Shown in pieces: positions 1 to 8,876 of a stretch of 64,000 bases of DNA. A program made the position numbers and the translations under genes. Source of the DNA: Oscillospiraceae bacterium (GTDB taxonomy: Bacteria; Bacillota; Clostridia; Oscillospirales; Acutalibacteraceae); NCBI GenBank assembly GCA_015065685.1, contig SVPU01000008.1, positions 6,769-70,768 of the forward strand, read 5' to 3'. Within the stretch, counting starts at the first letter, position 1, and every line of letters starts with the position of its first letter. The notes under the pieces are model-generated. The model had not been told where the DNA came from. It saw nothing but the letters and a program-made list of their open reading frames with translations, and searched no databases.

Positions 1-4
1 AATA

Positions 5-39
5 TAAAAAACGCAGTGCATTTTGCACTGCGTTTTTCT
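5..39 (-). terminator. intrinsic terminator 3' of the surface OB-fold protein gene
   Basis: Stem cgcagtgc (12-19) pairs with gcactgcg (25-32) around a short loop. An A-run lies on one side and a T-run on the other, so it could act on either strand. It sits just past the minus-strand stop at 57. Confidence 0.7.
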
Positions 40-56
40 TATGTTAAAAATCTATA

Positions 57-1448
57 TTAGTTTTTGCAGAACTTAGAAACAACGAATGTTGCAACAACAG
101 CAAGACCAACGATAGAAATTAATGTAACAACAACGTTGTTTGAATCGCCTGTTACAGGAATAGGCTTAGTTGTGTTGTTATTATTGGTGTTTGCACCTGT
201 ATTAGTATCAGCACCTGTGCCGGCACCGGTATTGTTACCGCCTTCAATATTTCCGCCGCCCTGGTTGTTATCGCCAGCAGGAGCATCCTTGAACCAGCCG
301 TTCTTCATCTGTGCAACATTGTTGTACTTACCGATGATACCGTAAACAGTAACAGTGTCGCCAACAGCAGGCTTTTCAGCTATTTCATCAAAACGAACAG
401 AACCGTCTTCGTTATATGTACCATAAATAGTAAGAATGTTACCTTCAGCATCCTTAATCTTCATGTTACCATACTGTTCATTGTAGATTTCAGTGATTTC
501 GCCGGTAACATAATATTTGTTAGTGGTGTAAACATTGTGGTCCTTAGAAGCGCCAAGGTCGATAGCTTCTTTAACAGTAAGAACGGTATCAGCAGCAGGA
601 TCATTGTTTACAGGAGGAGTACCAGGAGTGTGAGCAACAATCCAAGCATTCTTCATCTGTGGAGTAGTGTTGTACTTACCGATAATACCATAAAGTTTAA
701 CAGTGTCGCCTGCTGCGGGCTGAGTAGCCATAGCATCAAAACGGTTGGTACCGTCTGCATCGTATGAGCCGTAGATAGTAAGAGAATTACCGTTAGCATC
801 TTTAATGTTCATGTTACCATACTGTGTATTAGAAATGCTTGTGATAACGCCTTCAACATAGTACTTTCCTGAAGTATATTCGTTGTGTTCTTTAGTCTCG
901 CCAAGAGCAAGAGCTTCAACGATAGTTAATGTGCTGTCAGCAGGAGGATCCTGATTTACAGGAGGAGGAGTAACACTTGCACCTTCATAGTAAACAACGA
1001 GGCTATTTACACGAGCCTGACCATCAGAAAGTGTGAATGTGAAGCTTGTTGCAGCTGCAGCGGGTGTAAATGTTACAACACTATCGTTAGCAGTAGCTTC
1101 GGCGCCGATAGACTTTTTCAAAGAGGTTGCATAACTACTAGAGTTAGCAGTGAATTCAATTTTTTTGATTGCAGAAGTATATTCTACTTTAAGAGTTGAA
1201 TTTTTGTAGAAACGAGCGGGATTAGCATAGTCAGCAACAGAGCTTGTAGAACTTGCTTTTTCATTTGTAACTTTAATACCGTTTTGCTCCCAAACTTGCT
1301 TGCTTGCATCAAAAGATGTGCGCTGTGCTTTGTTAGCAAAAGAAATGGTTGCGCTTGATTCTGCTGCGGATGCTGAAATTACCACAACTGAGAACATCAA
1401 ACATACGCAAACGAGAACTGCAAAAATTTTTTTGATTTGCGATTTCAT
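57..1448 (-). CDS. secreted, probably sortase-anchored surface protein with two tandem OB-fold-like repeats (YhcR-type nucleic-acid-binding module suspected)
   Basis: ORF 57..1526. I moved the start to ATG 1448, which has AAGGAGAA just upstream and gives a signal peptide (MKSQIKKIFAVLVCVCLMFSVVVISASA). There are two ~108-aa repeats (YGNM.IKDA.GN.LTIYG...GDTV..YGIIGKYN..QMKN.W). The C-terminus is IPVTGD, then a hydrophobic helix, then KFCKN, which is an LPXTG-like sorting signal. Confidence 0.8.
   Translation of the reverse strand: MKSQIKKIFAVLVCVCLMFSVVVISASAAESSATISFANKAQRTSFDASKQVWEQNGIKVTNEKASSTSSVADYANPARFYKNSTLKVEYTSAIKKIEFTANSSSYATSLKKSIGAEATANDSVVTFTPAAAATSFTFTLSDGQARVNSLVVYYEGASVTPPPVNQDPPADSTLTIVEALALGETKEHNEYTSGKYYVEGVITSISNTQYGNMNIKDANGNSLTIYGSYDADGTNRFDAMATQPAAGDTVKLYGIIGKYNTTPQMKNAWIVAHTPGTPPVNNDPAADTVLTVKEAIDLGASKDHNVYTTNKYYVTGEITEIYNEQYGNMKIKDAEGNILTIYGTYNEDGSVRFDEIAEKPAVGDTVTVYGIIGKYNNVAQMKNGWFKDAPAGDNNQGGGNIEGGNNTGAGTGADTNTGANTNNNNTTKPIPVTGDSNNVVVTLISIVGLAVVATFVVSKFCKN
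291..968 (-). repeat. in-gene tandem duplication (2 x ~330 nt) encoding the OB-fold-like module
   Basis: Residues ~187-296 and ~303-412 of the ORF align along their full length. The DNA is also visibly similar, e.g. ttcttcatctgtg...gttgtacttaccgat at 301 and at 649. Confidence 0.8.
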
Positions 1449-1625
1449 TTTAAATTTCTCCTTTATTTTAAATTTTATTTTTTCGGAAACACATAGTTTC
1501 CGCAATCGCCAAAAGTAATATATCAATATACAAATATATTATATCATAAAGAAATCTAATGTCAACATTAAAAAACATTTTTTCACTATATATTGTTAAA
1601 TTTTTTTGAGAAATTCACCAATTAT

Positions 1626-1664
1626 AGAAAAAGCAAGGCCAACGGCGATTTCACGCCGCTGGCT
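1626..1664 (-). terminator. intrinsic terminator after the 449-aa lipoprotein gene
   Basis: On the minus strand, gccagcggcg / cgccgttggc forms a stem (one G-U pair) followed by cttgcttttt. It separates the ABC-nuclease operon from the downstream surface-protein gene. Confidence 0.6.
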
Positions 1665-1675
1665 TAAATTAAAAA

Positions 1676-3025
1676 TTATTTATAGAAGTGGCAGAAATAG
1701 CCGTCTTTAGAAGTTACATTAACACCGATGGTGTAGTAGTTGCCATAGGTACTGAATGCACATTCCTGACCGTCAAGAGTTGTAACAAGAGTCTTTAATG
1801 AACTGTTGTATGTAAATACGGTTGATGCGGTATCACGGTAAACTGCGTTTTTATGAGTACCGCTAATTTCCATATTCATATACTGCTTCTTGCCTTCTAC
1901 CATTGTGTAGAGATAGTAACCGCCGTTTGCGTTTTCAAGATATACATCAATAGCAACTGTTGAAGAGGTTGATGTTGCCATATAGTATCCGCTCATACCG
2001 CCGATAGCATAGTAGTTACAGTTTTTAGCGGTCTGGAAGAAACCAAACTTATAAGCAGTACCAACTACGGGAGTATCAACAACAGAAAGAACTTTTTCTT
2101 CAACCTTACCAGCTACGAGTTTGATTAAAGCAACTTCGGTCTGGCTTGCATCATCCCAAGTGAACTCAACATCACCCGCGGTGTCTGCGTCATCATAGAA
2201 GAAGTTCTTAATAACACCTCTGCAAGTAATAGTATCGCCTATTTTAACCTTGCTTGTTTCTGTGCCCTTCATATTCCAGCATTTGATATTTTTGCCTTCA
2301 ACTGTCATTGTAACAGAAATGCTGCTATATTGAGCATTATATTCTCTGTCAATGCTTACAACCTTACCTGTAAGTTGTGCAATGTAAGGTGTGGTTTCGT
2401 TTCTGCCAAGTGCAAAAGCATCCTTAAGGATTTTTGCAGTATCAGTAACGAGTGATAACTGAGTGTTGCCTGCGTTTCCGCTGTTTCCTGTGTTACCGCT
2501 ATTTCCGCTATTGCCGGTATTTCCGGAGTTGGTGGGCTTGCTGGTGGTATCGGTGTTACCTGCATTGTCAGAAGCGGTGCCATCAGTAGCATCATCTGTA
2601 TTAGCATCGTCATCTGAGCCTTCAACGTTAATGCCTGCTACCTTGTATTCAAATTTAGCTTCAGCAGTATTTTTCTTTTCTTTAACAGTTGCAATAGCTG
2701 TGAAGAGAATGTCTTCCTCGGGAAGATCAGGGATATCGATAATTACATAGTTATCTTTTTCAGATTCGCTAATCTTAACAGAATCCTTGTCGCCTTCTTT
2801 AACCTTTACGGACCATTCAACCTCATAGGTTTTACCATCAACAGTAACAACAGATAAAACTTCCTGGTCAACTGAAAGGTTCATAGGTTCGCTCTTGCTG
2901 CCCTTTTGATACATATTAACGAGATATGCTGCTGCATTCTCAAGGTCAGCGTTTTTCTCGCCGCAACCTACGAAAAGTGTAGCAATCATAAGTAAACATA
3001 AAACTGCACTAATAATTCTTTTCAT
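1676..3025 (-). CDS. lipoprotein of unknown function with a Gly/Asn/Ser/Thr low-complexity linker and one OB-fold-like module
   Basis: Lipobox LFVGC in MKRIISAVLCLLMIATLFVGCGEK. Linker is SGNTGNSGNSGNTGNSGNAGNT. The segment ALGRNETTPYIAQLTGKVVSIDREYNAQYSSISVTMTVEGKNI...GDTITCRGVIKNF follows the same pattern as the repeats in the 57..1448 protein. An RBS aaaggaaa lies 18 nt after the nuclease stop. Confidence 0.75.
   Translation of the reverse strand: MKRIISAVLCLLMIATLFVGCGEKNADLENAAAYLVNMYQKGSKSEPMNLSVDQEVLSVVTVDGKTYEVEWSVKVKEGDKDSVKISESEKDNYVIIDIPDLPEEDILFTAIATVKEKKNTAEAKFEYKVAGINVEGSDDDANTDDATDGTASDNAGNTDTTSKPTNSGNTGNSGNSGNTGNSGNAGNTQLSLVTDTAKILKDAFALGRNETTPYIAQLTGKVVSIDREYNAQYSSISVTMTVEGKNIKCWNMKGTETSKVKIGDTITCRGVIKNFFYDDADTAGDVEFTWDDASQTEVALIKLVAGKVEEKVLSVVDTPVVGTAYKFGFFQTAKNCNYYAIGGMSGYYMATSTSSTVAIDVYLENANGGYYLYTMVEGKKQYMNMEISGTHKNAVYRDTASTVFTYNSSLKTLVTTLDGQECAFSTYGNYYTIGVNVTSKDGYFCHFYK
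2461..2530 (-). repeat. short in-frame 9/18-nt repeats encoding (S/A)GN(T/S)GN
   Basis: gtttccgctgtttcctgtgttaccgctatttccgctattgccggtatttccgga is a run of imperfect ttccg/ttacc nonamers. Confidence 0.7.
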
Positions 3026-3043
3026 AATAATTTCCTTTCTTTC

Positions 3044-4411
3044 TTAACGAACAATAATATCTTTTGCGGAAAATACTTTGATTTGATAAGCACCGCTGAA
3101 ATAATCAACAATACCTGTCACATCAATGGTTTTATTAAGAAAATCTGCTTCAGTTAAAAGTCTGCCATTATCATCATAAAGAACGATGGTACGAACATCA
3201 ATCGGTAGACCGTTTGCCTCGCAGGACAAGGTCATTGCACCGTCCGAATCGCCGCCATTATGTGTTGTATAGATACTCTTAACCTTGAGATTTTTCATAC
3301 TAATGGAAGTGCTCATTGCAAGGTTAGCATATTCAAAAGTTTTAACGGTTGTTTCTTCACTATTCAAAGCATTCATAGTTTCAATATCCAAAGTGCCTCT
3401 TGTGAAGAGCTCTGGTGAAGTTTCCTTGTTAGCCGCGCTGTTACCCTCGCTAATCATAATTGTATTACTCGGGTCATTAGGCTTGAATTCGCGGTAGCTA
3501 AGACCGGATACCTGCCATGTTCCGCCCGTTTCGTAATAAGTAACAGTACCAACAACGCGCACACGGTTGCCAACCTTTAAAATGTTAAGCAAGGCACCTG
3601 TTTCGTATCCATAATAAACCGACATTCCGTAATACATATCGGTTTCAGCGTCATAGCTTTCAACATAAACCGAGTTGTTGTTATTGCGTGTTATAACACC
3701 CTCAAATGCAACCTTTGCATTATCATAAAGCGAAATGTTTGTACGAAGTCCTTTAAGGTCTACCTCATACGCATCACCATAGAAGAAATCAGGGTCTTTT
3801 GCACCTGAAAAAACATGGAGCTTTTGCGCTTTTGCTTGTTGGAAAGCATTAGAAGCTGCTGTGCCGTAGCGGTCAGCAGTTGTACCGCAGGAAATTGATA
3901 AGCCGTTTTGGATAAGCTCGAGATTCAAGCAACGGTAATCTTCACTGTCAGCAGTTTTATACCAAACCCAAACCAAGTGGCGTCCGCCTGTAGAATCCAC
4001 ATTCCATTGATCGTTATCCGACTCAACAATAATTGAGGTGGCTTTTTCTAATTTTCCTCTTGTGAAGAGTGAAGCCTTTTTGCCCCACTCTTCGATTTTA
4101 CCTGTCGATTCAGGTGTGTTTACACCCATATAACGCGCTTTTAAAACACCGTCTGCGCTAATACTTTCGGGAACGAAGAAATGAGTTGTGTCGCCATCAA
4201 TAAAGCTTTTAACAGTAACCTCTTGCTTCTTGGTTTCCGATTTCAAGTTAAGCTTTGTTTCTGCAACATAATCAACGGTGCTTGAGCCATCAGTTTTCTG
4301 AGTGTCGGTATCCTTGCCATCACAGCCTGCAAAAACCGAGACTATAAGACATAATACCGCTAATAATGATATAAGTTTTTGAAAGGTTTTAGTATTCATA
4401 TTTTTAAACAT
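3044..4411 (-). CDS. lipoprotein thermonuclease (staphylococcal nuclease fold) followed by two OB-fold-like domains
   Basis: Lipobox VFAGC. SNase motifs IDGDTTHF, ARYMGVNTPES and GGRHLVWVW align with staphylococcal nuclease DGDT / RLLLVDTPE / GRGLAYIY. The C-terminal half has two OB-like segments (GNRVRVVGTVTYYETGGTWQV and TIDVTGIVDYFSGAYQIKV). The start ATG overlaps the upstream stop (TAATG). Confidence 0.85.
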   Translation of the reverse strand: MFKNMNTKTFQKLISLLAVLCLIVSVFAGCDGKDTDTQKTDGSSTVDYVAETKLNLKSETKKQEVTVKSFIDGDTTHFFVPESISADGVLKARYMGVNTPESTGKIEEWGKKASLFTRGKLEKATSIIVESDNDQWNVDSTGGRHLVWVWYKTADSEDYRCLNLELIQNGLSISCGTTADRYGTAASNAFQQAKAQKLHVFSGAKDPDFFYGDAYEVDLKGLRTNISLYDNAKVAFEGVITRNNNNSVYVESYDAETDMYYGMSVYYGYETGALLNILKVGNRVRVVGTVTYYETGGTWQVSGLSYREFKPNDPSNTIMISEGNSAANKETSPELFTRGTLDIETMNALNSEETTVKTFEYANLAMSTSISMKNLKVKSIYTTHNGGDSDGAMTLSCEANGLPIDVRTIVLYDDNGRLLTEADFLNKTIDVTGIVDYFSGAYQIKVFSAKDIIVR

Positions 4412-5835
4412 TAATATTCACACTCATCAATTGCTTCTTGGAAAGCATCGTCAATTAACTTATCAACAGCCTTTTCGTCAGCAGCCTCACCGCTTAAGCA
4501 CTTAAGCAACAATGCACCAACCTGTGTACGTGCAGATGATGAACCGTTAAATGCGGGAGAAACGAAATAATCATCACGGCCGTCAATACCAACCTTAACG
4601 CACTTAGCAACGAGATATTCGTAACCGTTACCTTTATTAAGCCAAGCTGCATAATTTTCATTTTCTGTAACAGATTTAAGAACGGGCATATAACCTGAAG
4701 CCATTGAGAATTCTGCCTGGAACTCAACGTTTGTGCAAAGGAACTTAACAAACAACCAAGAAGCTAAAACCTGCTGGTCAGTTGTGTTTTTGCCCTTTAA
4801 GATACAAAGGCTGGGACCCTGAGAAATTGTCTTGCGGTTGTCTTCATCAAACTGAGGAATCGGTGCAACGCCAACTTCGAAAGCAAAGCTACCATCTCCG
4901 GTATCGTTGTTAGACATCTGATAAGAAGCACCACCAGAAGAGCCTACGCACATATAGCAACGAGTATCAGTTGTTTCTACGAAGAGGTTGGAGGTATAGC
5001 TACCGTATAATTCCTGTGTGGTGAAATAACCTTTCTGATAATACTCACGCAATTCTTTTACGAATGCTTTGTTTTTATCATTGTTAAAGAGATACTGTCC
5101 GCCGTCTTCTGCGCTTGTGTAGCCTGTTTTCATCTGTTCGCACAAGGTGATAAACCAGTTGTCTTCAGCGTCATATCCTAACGGATAGCAATCAGGGTCA
5201 ATCTTCAAAATCTTTTCGCAAGTGTCCCAAAGCTCATCCCAAGTGGTAGGAACCTTAAGATTATTTGCTTCGAAGAAGGTTTTATCGTAATAAAGAACTT
5301 CGGTAGACTTATTAAGAGGCATGGTATACATTAAATCATCGCCATAAGCCAAGCCTTCATTATAATAGCTTTCAATAAAGTCTTTTTTCTGCTCATCGGT
5401 AAGACCAATGATTTCATCTTTACCTTCGATAGCGATATCACTTTCAATTAAGTTATCCAAGGTTACAACTGACTTTGCAATGTTATACATAGCAACATGG
5501 TCGGGATAACAGTAAGCAATATTTGGCTGTGTTCCGCCGGCAATCTCGGTGTTAATCTGACCGTTTATATCAGACCAACCACCTGCTGACTGGTGAGTGA
5601 TTTGGATGTTAGGGTAGATTTTGTTGAACTCTGTAATATAGGTGTTAAGTACATCCTGTAATTTAGCACCCATAGTGTGAGTAAATGTGATTTCGACTGT
5701 CTCGTCGGGATTGAAGCCTGCTTCGGGAACTTCAAAGGCTTTTTGTGCACTGCCGCCAAGTCCGCAACCTGCAAGGCTGCACATACCAAGCACCATAACG
5801 CACATAAGGATTAAGCTGATAATTTTCTTTTGCAT
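4411..5835 (-). CDS. ABC transporter substrate-binding lipoprotein, family 1 (CUT1 type)
   Basis: Lipobox SLAGC. Length and composition are typical of sugar/polyol/glycerophosphate-type binding proteins. It lies directly downstream of two MalF/MalG-type permease genes. Confidence 0.85.
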   Translation of the reverse strand: MQKKIISLILMCVMVLGMCSLAGCGLGGSAQKAFEVPEAGFNPDETVEITFTHTMGAKLQDVLNTYITEFNKIYPNIQITHQSAGGWSDINGQINTEIAGGTQPNIAYCYPDHVAMYNIAKSVVTLDNLIESDIAIEGKDEIIGLTDEQKKDFIESYYNEGLAYGDDLMYTMPLNKSTEVLYYDKTFFEANNLKVPTTWDELWDTCEKILKIDPDCYPLGYDAEDNWFITLCEQMKTGYTSAEDGGQYLFNNDKNKAFVKELREYYQKGYFTTQELYGSYTSNLFVETTDTRCYMCVGSSGGASYQMSNNDTGDGSFAFEVGVAPIPQFDEDNRKTISQGPSLCILKGKNTTDQQVLASWLFVKFLCTNVEFQAEFSMASGYMPVLKSVTENENYAAWLNKGNGYEYLVAKCVKVGIDGRDDYFVSPAFNGSSSARTQVGALLLKCLSGEAADEKAVDKLIDDAFQEAIDECEY

Positions 5836-5888
5836 GCTGAATAATTCCTTTCAATTGATAATTTATATAACAGACATAAAACTGTCTA

Positions 5889-6782
5889 TTAACCTTTAAT
5901 ACCGCCGCGGCTAACGCCCGACATAATGTATTTGCGCAAGCACAAGAATACGAGGAACAACGGTGCCGAAACAATTGCAACCGCTGCCATCTGAACAGGG
6001 TAATTCGCCTGTCCCGATGTATCAGTAAACGCATTACGCAAACCGTTGGTTATCATTTGATGCGCATCATCATTAGCAACCAATTTAGGCCAGATATATG
6101 AGTTCCAAGCGCCCATCATCTTCAATATTGTTATAGAAATAAGAGTGGGTAATGCTAACGGAATCATAACCTTCCACAAATACTTAATATCTGATGTTCC
6201 ATCCACCTTAGCAGCCAAATACAATTCATTCGGAATCTGCATAAAGTTTTGTCTTAACAAATAAATATAGAACACACTTACCAAGAACGGCACAATAAGA
6301 GCTGTAAATGTGTGCATCCATCCTAATTCGTTAATAGTTATATAGTTGGTAATGGTAAACAACTCGCCCGGAATCATCATCGTTGCAAGTAAAGCGCCGA
6401 ACAATGTTTCTTTGCCCTTGAACTCAAGACGAGCAAAAGCGAAAGCAGATAAAACTGTTATTACCAAACTGAGTATTGTAGAAACAACACCAACATAAAG
6501 GGTGTTCATAAACAAATCACCGAGGTGAGCGGTTGTGAACGCTTCAACATAGTTGTTAAACATTAATTGACGCGGCCAGAAAGTAGGAACTGCCTGACGG
6601 TATTCAGCTAATGTTTTAAGTGATGAAATAATCATCCAATAGAATGGAAAAAGAACAATAAGAGCCATTATCAGAAGAAAAGCATATGTGCCTGTCTTAG
6701 CCAAAACACGGGCAATTTTCTGACCTGTGGATAATTTTTGAATGTCTCTTTCCTTCATAACATTAATTGTATTTTTAGCCAT
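5889..6782 (-). CDS. CUT1 ABC transporter permease (MalG/UgpE-like)
   Basis: Six predicted TM segments. EAA loop LYLAAKVDGTSDIKYLWKVMIPLALP. Confidence 0.9.
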   Translation of the reverse strand: MAKNTINVMKERDIQKLSTGQKIARVLAKTGTYAFLLIMALIVLFPFYWMIISSLKTLAEYRQAVPTFWPRQLMFNNYVEAFTTAHLGDLFMNTLYVGVVSTILSLVITVLSAFAFARLEFKGKETLFGALLATMMIPGELFTITNYITINELGWMHTFTALIVPFLVSVFYIYLLRQNFMQIPNELYLAAKVDGTSDIKYLWKVMIPLALPTLISITILKMMGAWNSYIWPKLVANDDAHQMITNGLRNAFTDTSGQANYPVQMAAVAIVSAPLFLVFLCLRKYIMSGVSRGGIKG

Positions 6783-6795
6783 AACGCGCCACCTC

Positions 6796-7734
6796 CTAAT
6801 AATGAACGCGTTTCTTAATAACCTTATTATTAATTAAGGTTACAATAAGAATAATCGCGAACAGAATAAGTGCCGCAGCACTAGCACGGCCTTGACGGTC
6901 TCTCTCCAATGCATCGTAAACGAAACCAACCATTGTATTAAGTCTTCCCGCATCATCTGCAGGACCCATCTTATCACCGAAGATACCAATGATGCTTGAG
7001 TATTCTTTAAATCCACCTATGAAGCCTGTAATAATAACATAAGCGAGCATTGGTGATAAAAGCGGAACAGTGATTTTGGTCAACACTCGGCGTTTAGAAG
7101 TGCCATCAACCTTAGCAGCATCGTAATACTGCTTGTTAATGCTCTGCAAGCCGCCCAAAAGAATGAGTATTTTAAACGGCAAAGCATTCCACACAATATA
7201 AATAACCATAACTACGATGTTAGCTATATAGGAAGAACCTGCGTTTATCCAGTTAATAGGCTCGCCGCCAAAGAACTGAATAACATTGTTGATTATTCCC
7301 CAAGTGTCTGCCATTGCACTTCCCTGCTTAAGACCAACAATATTAAACATTGCCGCAAACACCATGCCGATAGCTATAGAGTTTGTAACATATGGCAAGA
7401 AGAATATTGTTTGCAAGGTCTTTTGCAGAGGCTTAATGGAATTAAGGGCTACTGCAATAAGTAACGCAAGAATAGTTGAAATCGGAACAGTAGCCACGCA
7501 CAAAATTGCTGTATTTTGTAAGCACTGTAAAAATTCTTTATATTCTATAACTTTAAGGAAATTTTCAATACCGAACTCAAAGGTAGCACCGCCAATAGCA
7601 GCCATATTACCGTATCCGTTTAAAAAAGCCATACGCAATGTGTTGAAAATCGGCCAAACGGTAAAGACTAACAATAGGATAATAGCCGGCGCCAAATAGA
7701 GCCAGGATTTCCATTGATGTTTATTTTCAACCAT
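6796..7734 (-). CDS. CUT1 ABC transporter permease (MalF/UgpA-like)
   Basis: Polytopic membrane protein. EAA loop YYDAAKVDGTSKRRVLTKITVPLLSP. Confidence 0.9.
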   Translation of the reverse strand: MVENKHQWKSWLYLAPAIILLLVFTVWPIFNTLRMAFLNGYGNMAAIGGATFEFGIENFLKVIEYKEFLQCLQNTAILCVATVPISTILALLIAVALNSIKPLQKTLQTIFFLPYVTNSIAIGMVFAAMFNIVGLKQGSAMADTWGIINNVIQFFGGEPINWINAGSSYIANIVVMVIYIVWNALPFKILILLGGLQSINKQYYDAAKVDGTSKRRVLTKITVPLLSPMLAYVIITGFIGGFKEYSSIIGIFGDKMGPADDAGRLNTMVGFVYDALERDRQGRASAAALILFAIILIVTLINNKVIKKRVHY

Positions 7735-7735
7735 T

Positions 7736-8839
7736 TTATTTCACCTCAAAATATACACGTTCTTCGGTTTCTTTATTGAACATAAAGAACTTATGAGGCT
7801 TAATGTTGAACTTAATTGTCTCAGCAGTTGTATCAACCTTGATATCTGAATTAATAATAGCGCGAATAACAGGGTTAAGAGAAGCTTCGTGTGTAGCAAC
7901 CACGCTTGCATCGCGGCCCATAACTTCAACATTGTTGAGCTTGCACTCTAAAGCGCCGTTTGCATTAGGCTCAATTCCTTCGGGGCGTATACCAATATAT
8001 ACGTCCTGATCCTCAACGCCGTTAACTTCCATAACAGCTTCTTCGCCTATGTATACCTTACCGCCTTTAACAGCACCCTCGAGTACATTTATGGGAGGTG
8101 TGCCCAAGAACTTTGCAACGAATAAGTTTTTAGGATCATCATAAACCTTTTGAGGTTCACCAATTTGCTGAACAACACCCGCTTTCATTACAACAATAAC
8201 ATCAGAAATAGACATTGCTTCTTCCTGGTCGTGTGTAACGAATACGGTGGTAATTCCTGTTTCTTTTTGAATTCTGCGGATTTCTTCACGAGTTTGCAAA
8301 CGAAGACGCGCATCAAGGTTTGAAAGCGGTTCGTCAAGTAAAAGCACTCTCGGCATTTTAACAAGCGCACGCGCGATAGCCACACGCTGTTGCTGACCAC
8401 CTGACAACTCACTCGGCTTTCTGTCCATCAATTCATCAATCTGAACTAATCTTGCAGCTTCATAAGCACGGTCAAGCATTTCCTGTTTAGAAAGCTTGTC
8501 CTTACCTGTTAAGTTTTGTAACGGGAACAAAACATTCTGCATAACCGTCATATGAGGATAAAGCGCATAGTTTTGGAAAACAAGGCCAATACCTCTGTTT
8601 TCGGTGGAAAGCTCGGTAACATCATCGTCGCCGAAAAAGATTTTGCCGCTGGTGGGCTTTTGCAGACCACTAATCATATAAAGAGTGGTGCTCTTTCCGC
8701 AACCGGATGGTCCCAACAAGCCTACAAGCTGACCGTCAGGAATTTCAAAGGTGAAATCGTTTACAGCCACTACTTCTTTGCCCGCTTTTTTATCACGGCT
8801 AGGGAAAATTTTTGTCAGATTTTGCAATACAACTTTCAT
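7736..8839 (-). CDS. ABC transporter ATP-binding protein (MalK/UgpC/MsmK type with C-terminal regulatory domain)
   Basis: Walker A GPSGCGKST, signature LSGGQQQRVAIARAL, Walker B LLLDEPLSNLD. The ~130-aa C-terminal extension is typical of this subfamily. Confidence 0.95.
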   Translation of the reverse strand: MKVVLQNLTKIFPSRDKKAGKEVVAVNDFTFEIPDGQLVGLLGPSGCGKSTTLYMISGLQKPTSGKIFFGDDDVTELSTENRGIGLVFQNYALYPHMTVMQNVLFPLQNLTGKDKLSKQEMLDRAYEAARLVQIDELMDRKPSELSGGQQQRVAIARALVKMPRVLLLDEPLSNLDARLRLQTREEIRRIQKETGITTVFVTHDQEEAMSISDVIVVMKAGVVQQIGEPQKVYDDPKNLFVAKFLGTPPINVLEGAVKGGKVYIGEEAVMEVNGVEDQDVYIGIRPEGIEPNANGALECKLNNVEVMGRDASVVATHEASLNPVIRAIINSDIKVDTTAETIKFNIKPHKFFMFNKETEERVYFEVK

Positions 8840-8876
8840 ATTGACTCCCTTTCAAAAAATAATTTAATAACTTATG

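Noticed and set aside
1449-1526. N-terminal extensions in the ORF track (also 9639..9740, 14833..14856, 16333..16353, 23899..24015, 49364..49378, 56117..56146, 59341..59397, 60433..60441).
   Set aside because: Internal starts have good Shine-Dalgarno sequences and yield proper signal peptides or family-typical N-termini. The extensions start at weak codons or run through terminators and promoters.
5732-6034. 100-aa ORF spanning the permease/SBP intergenic region.
   Set aside because: It overlaps the ends of two solid genes on the same strand in other frames. It is Arg/Cys-rich and has no RBS.
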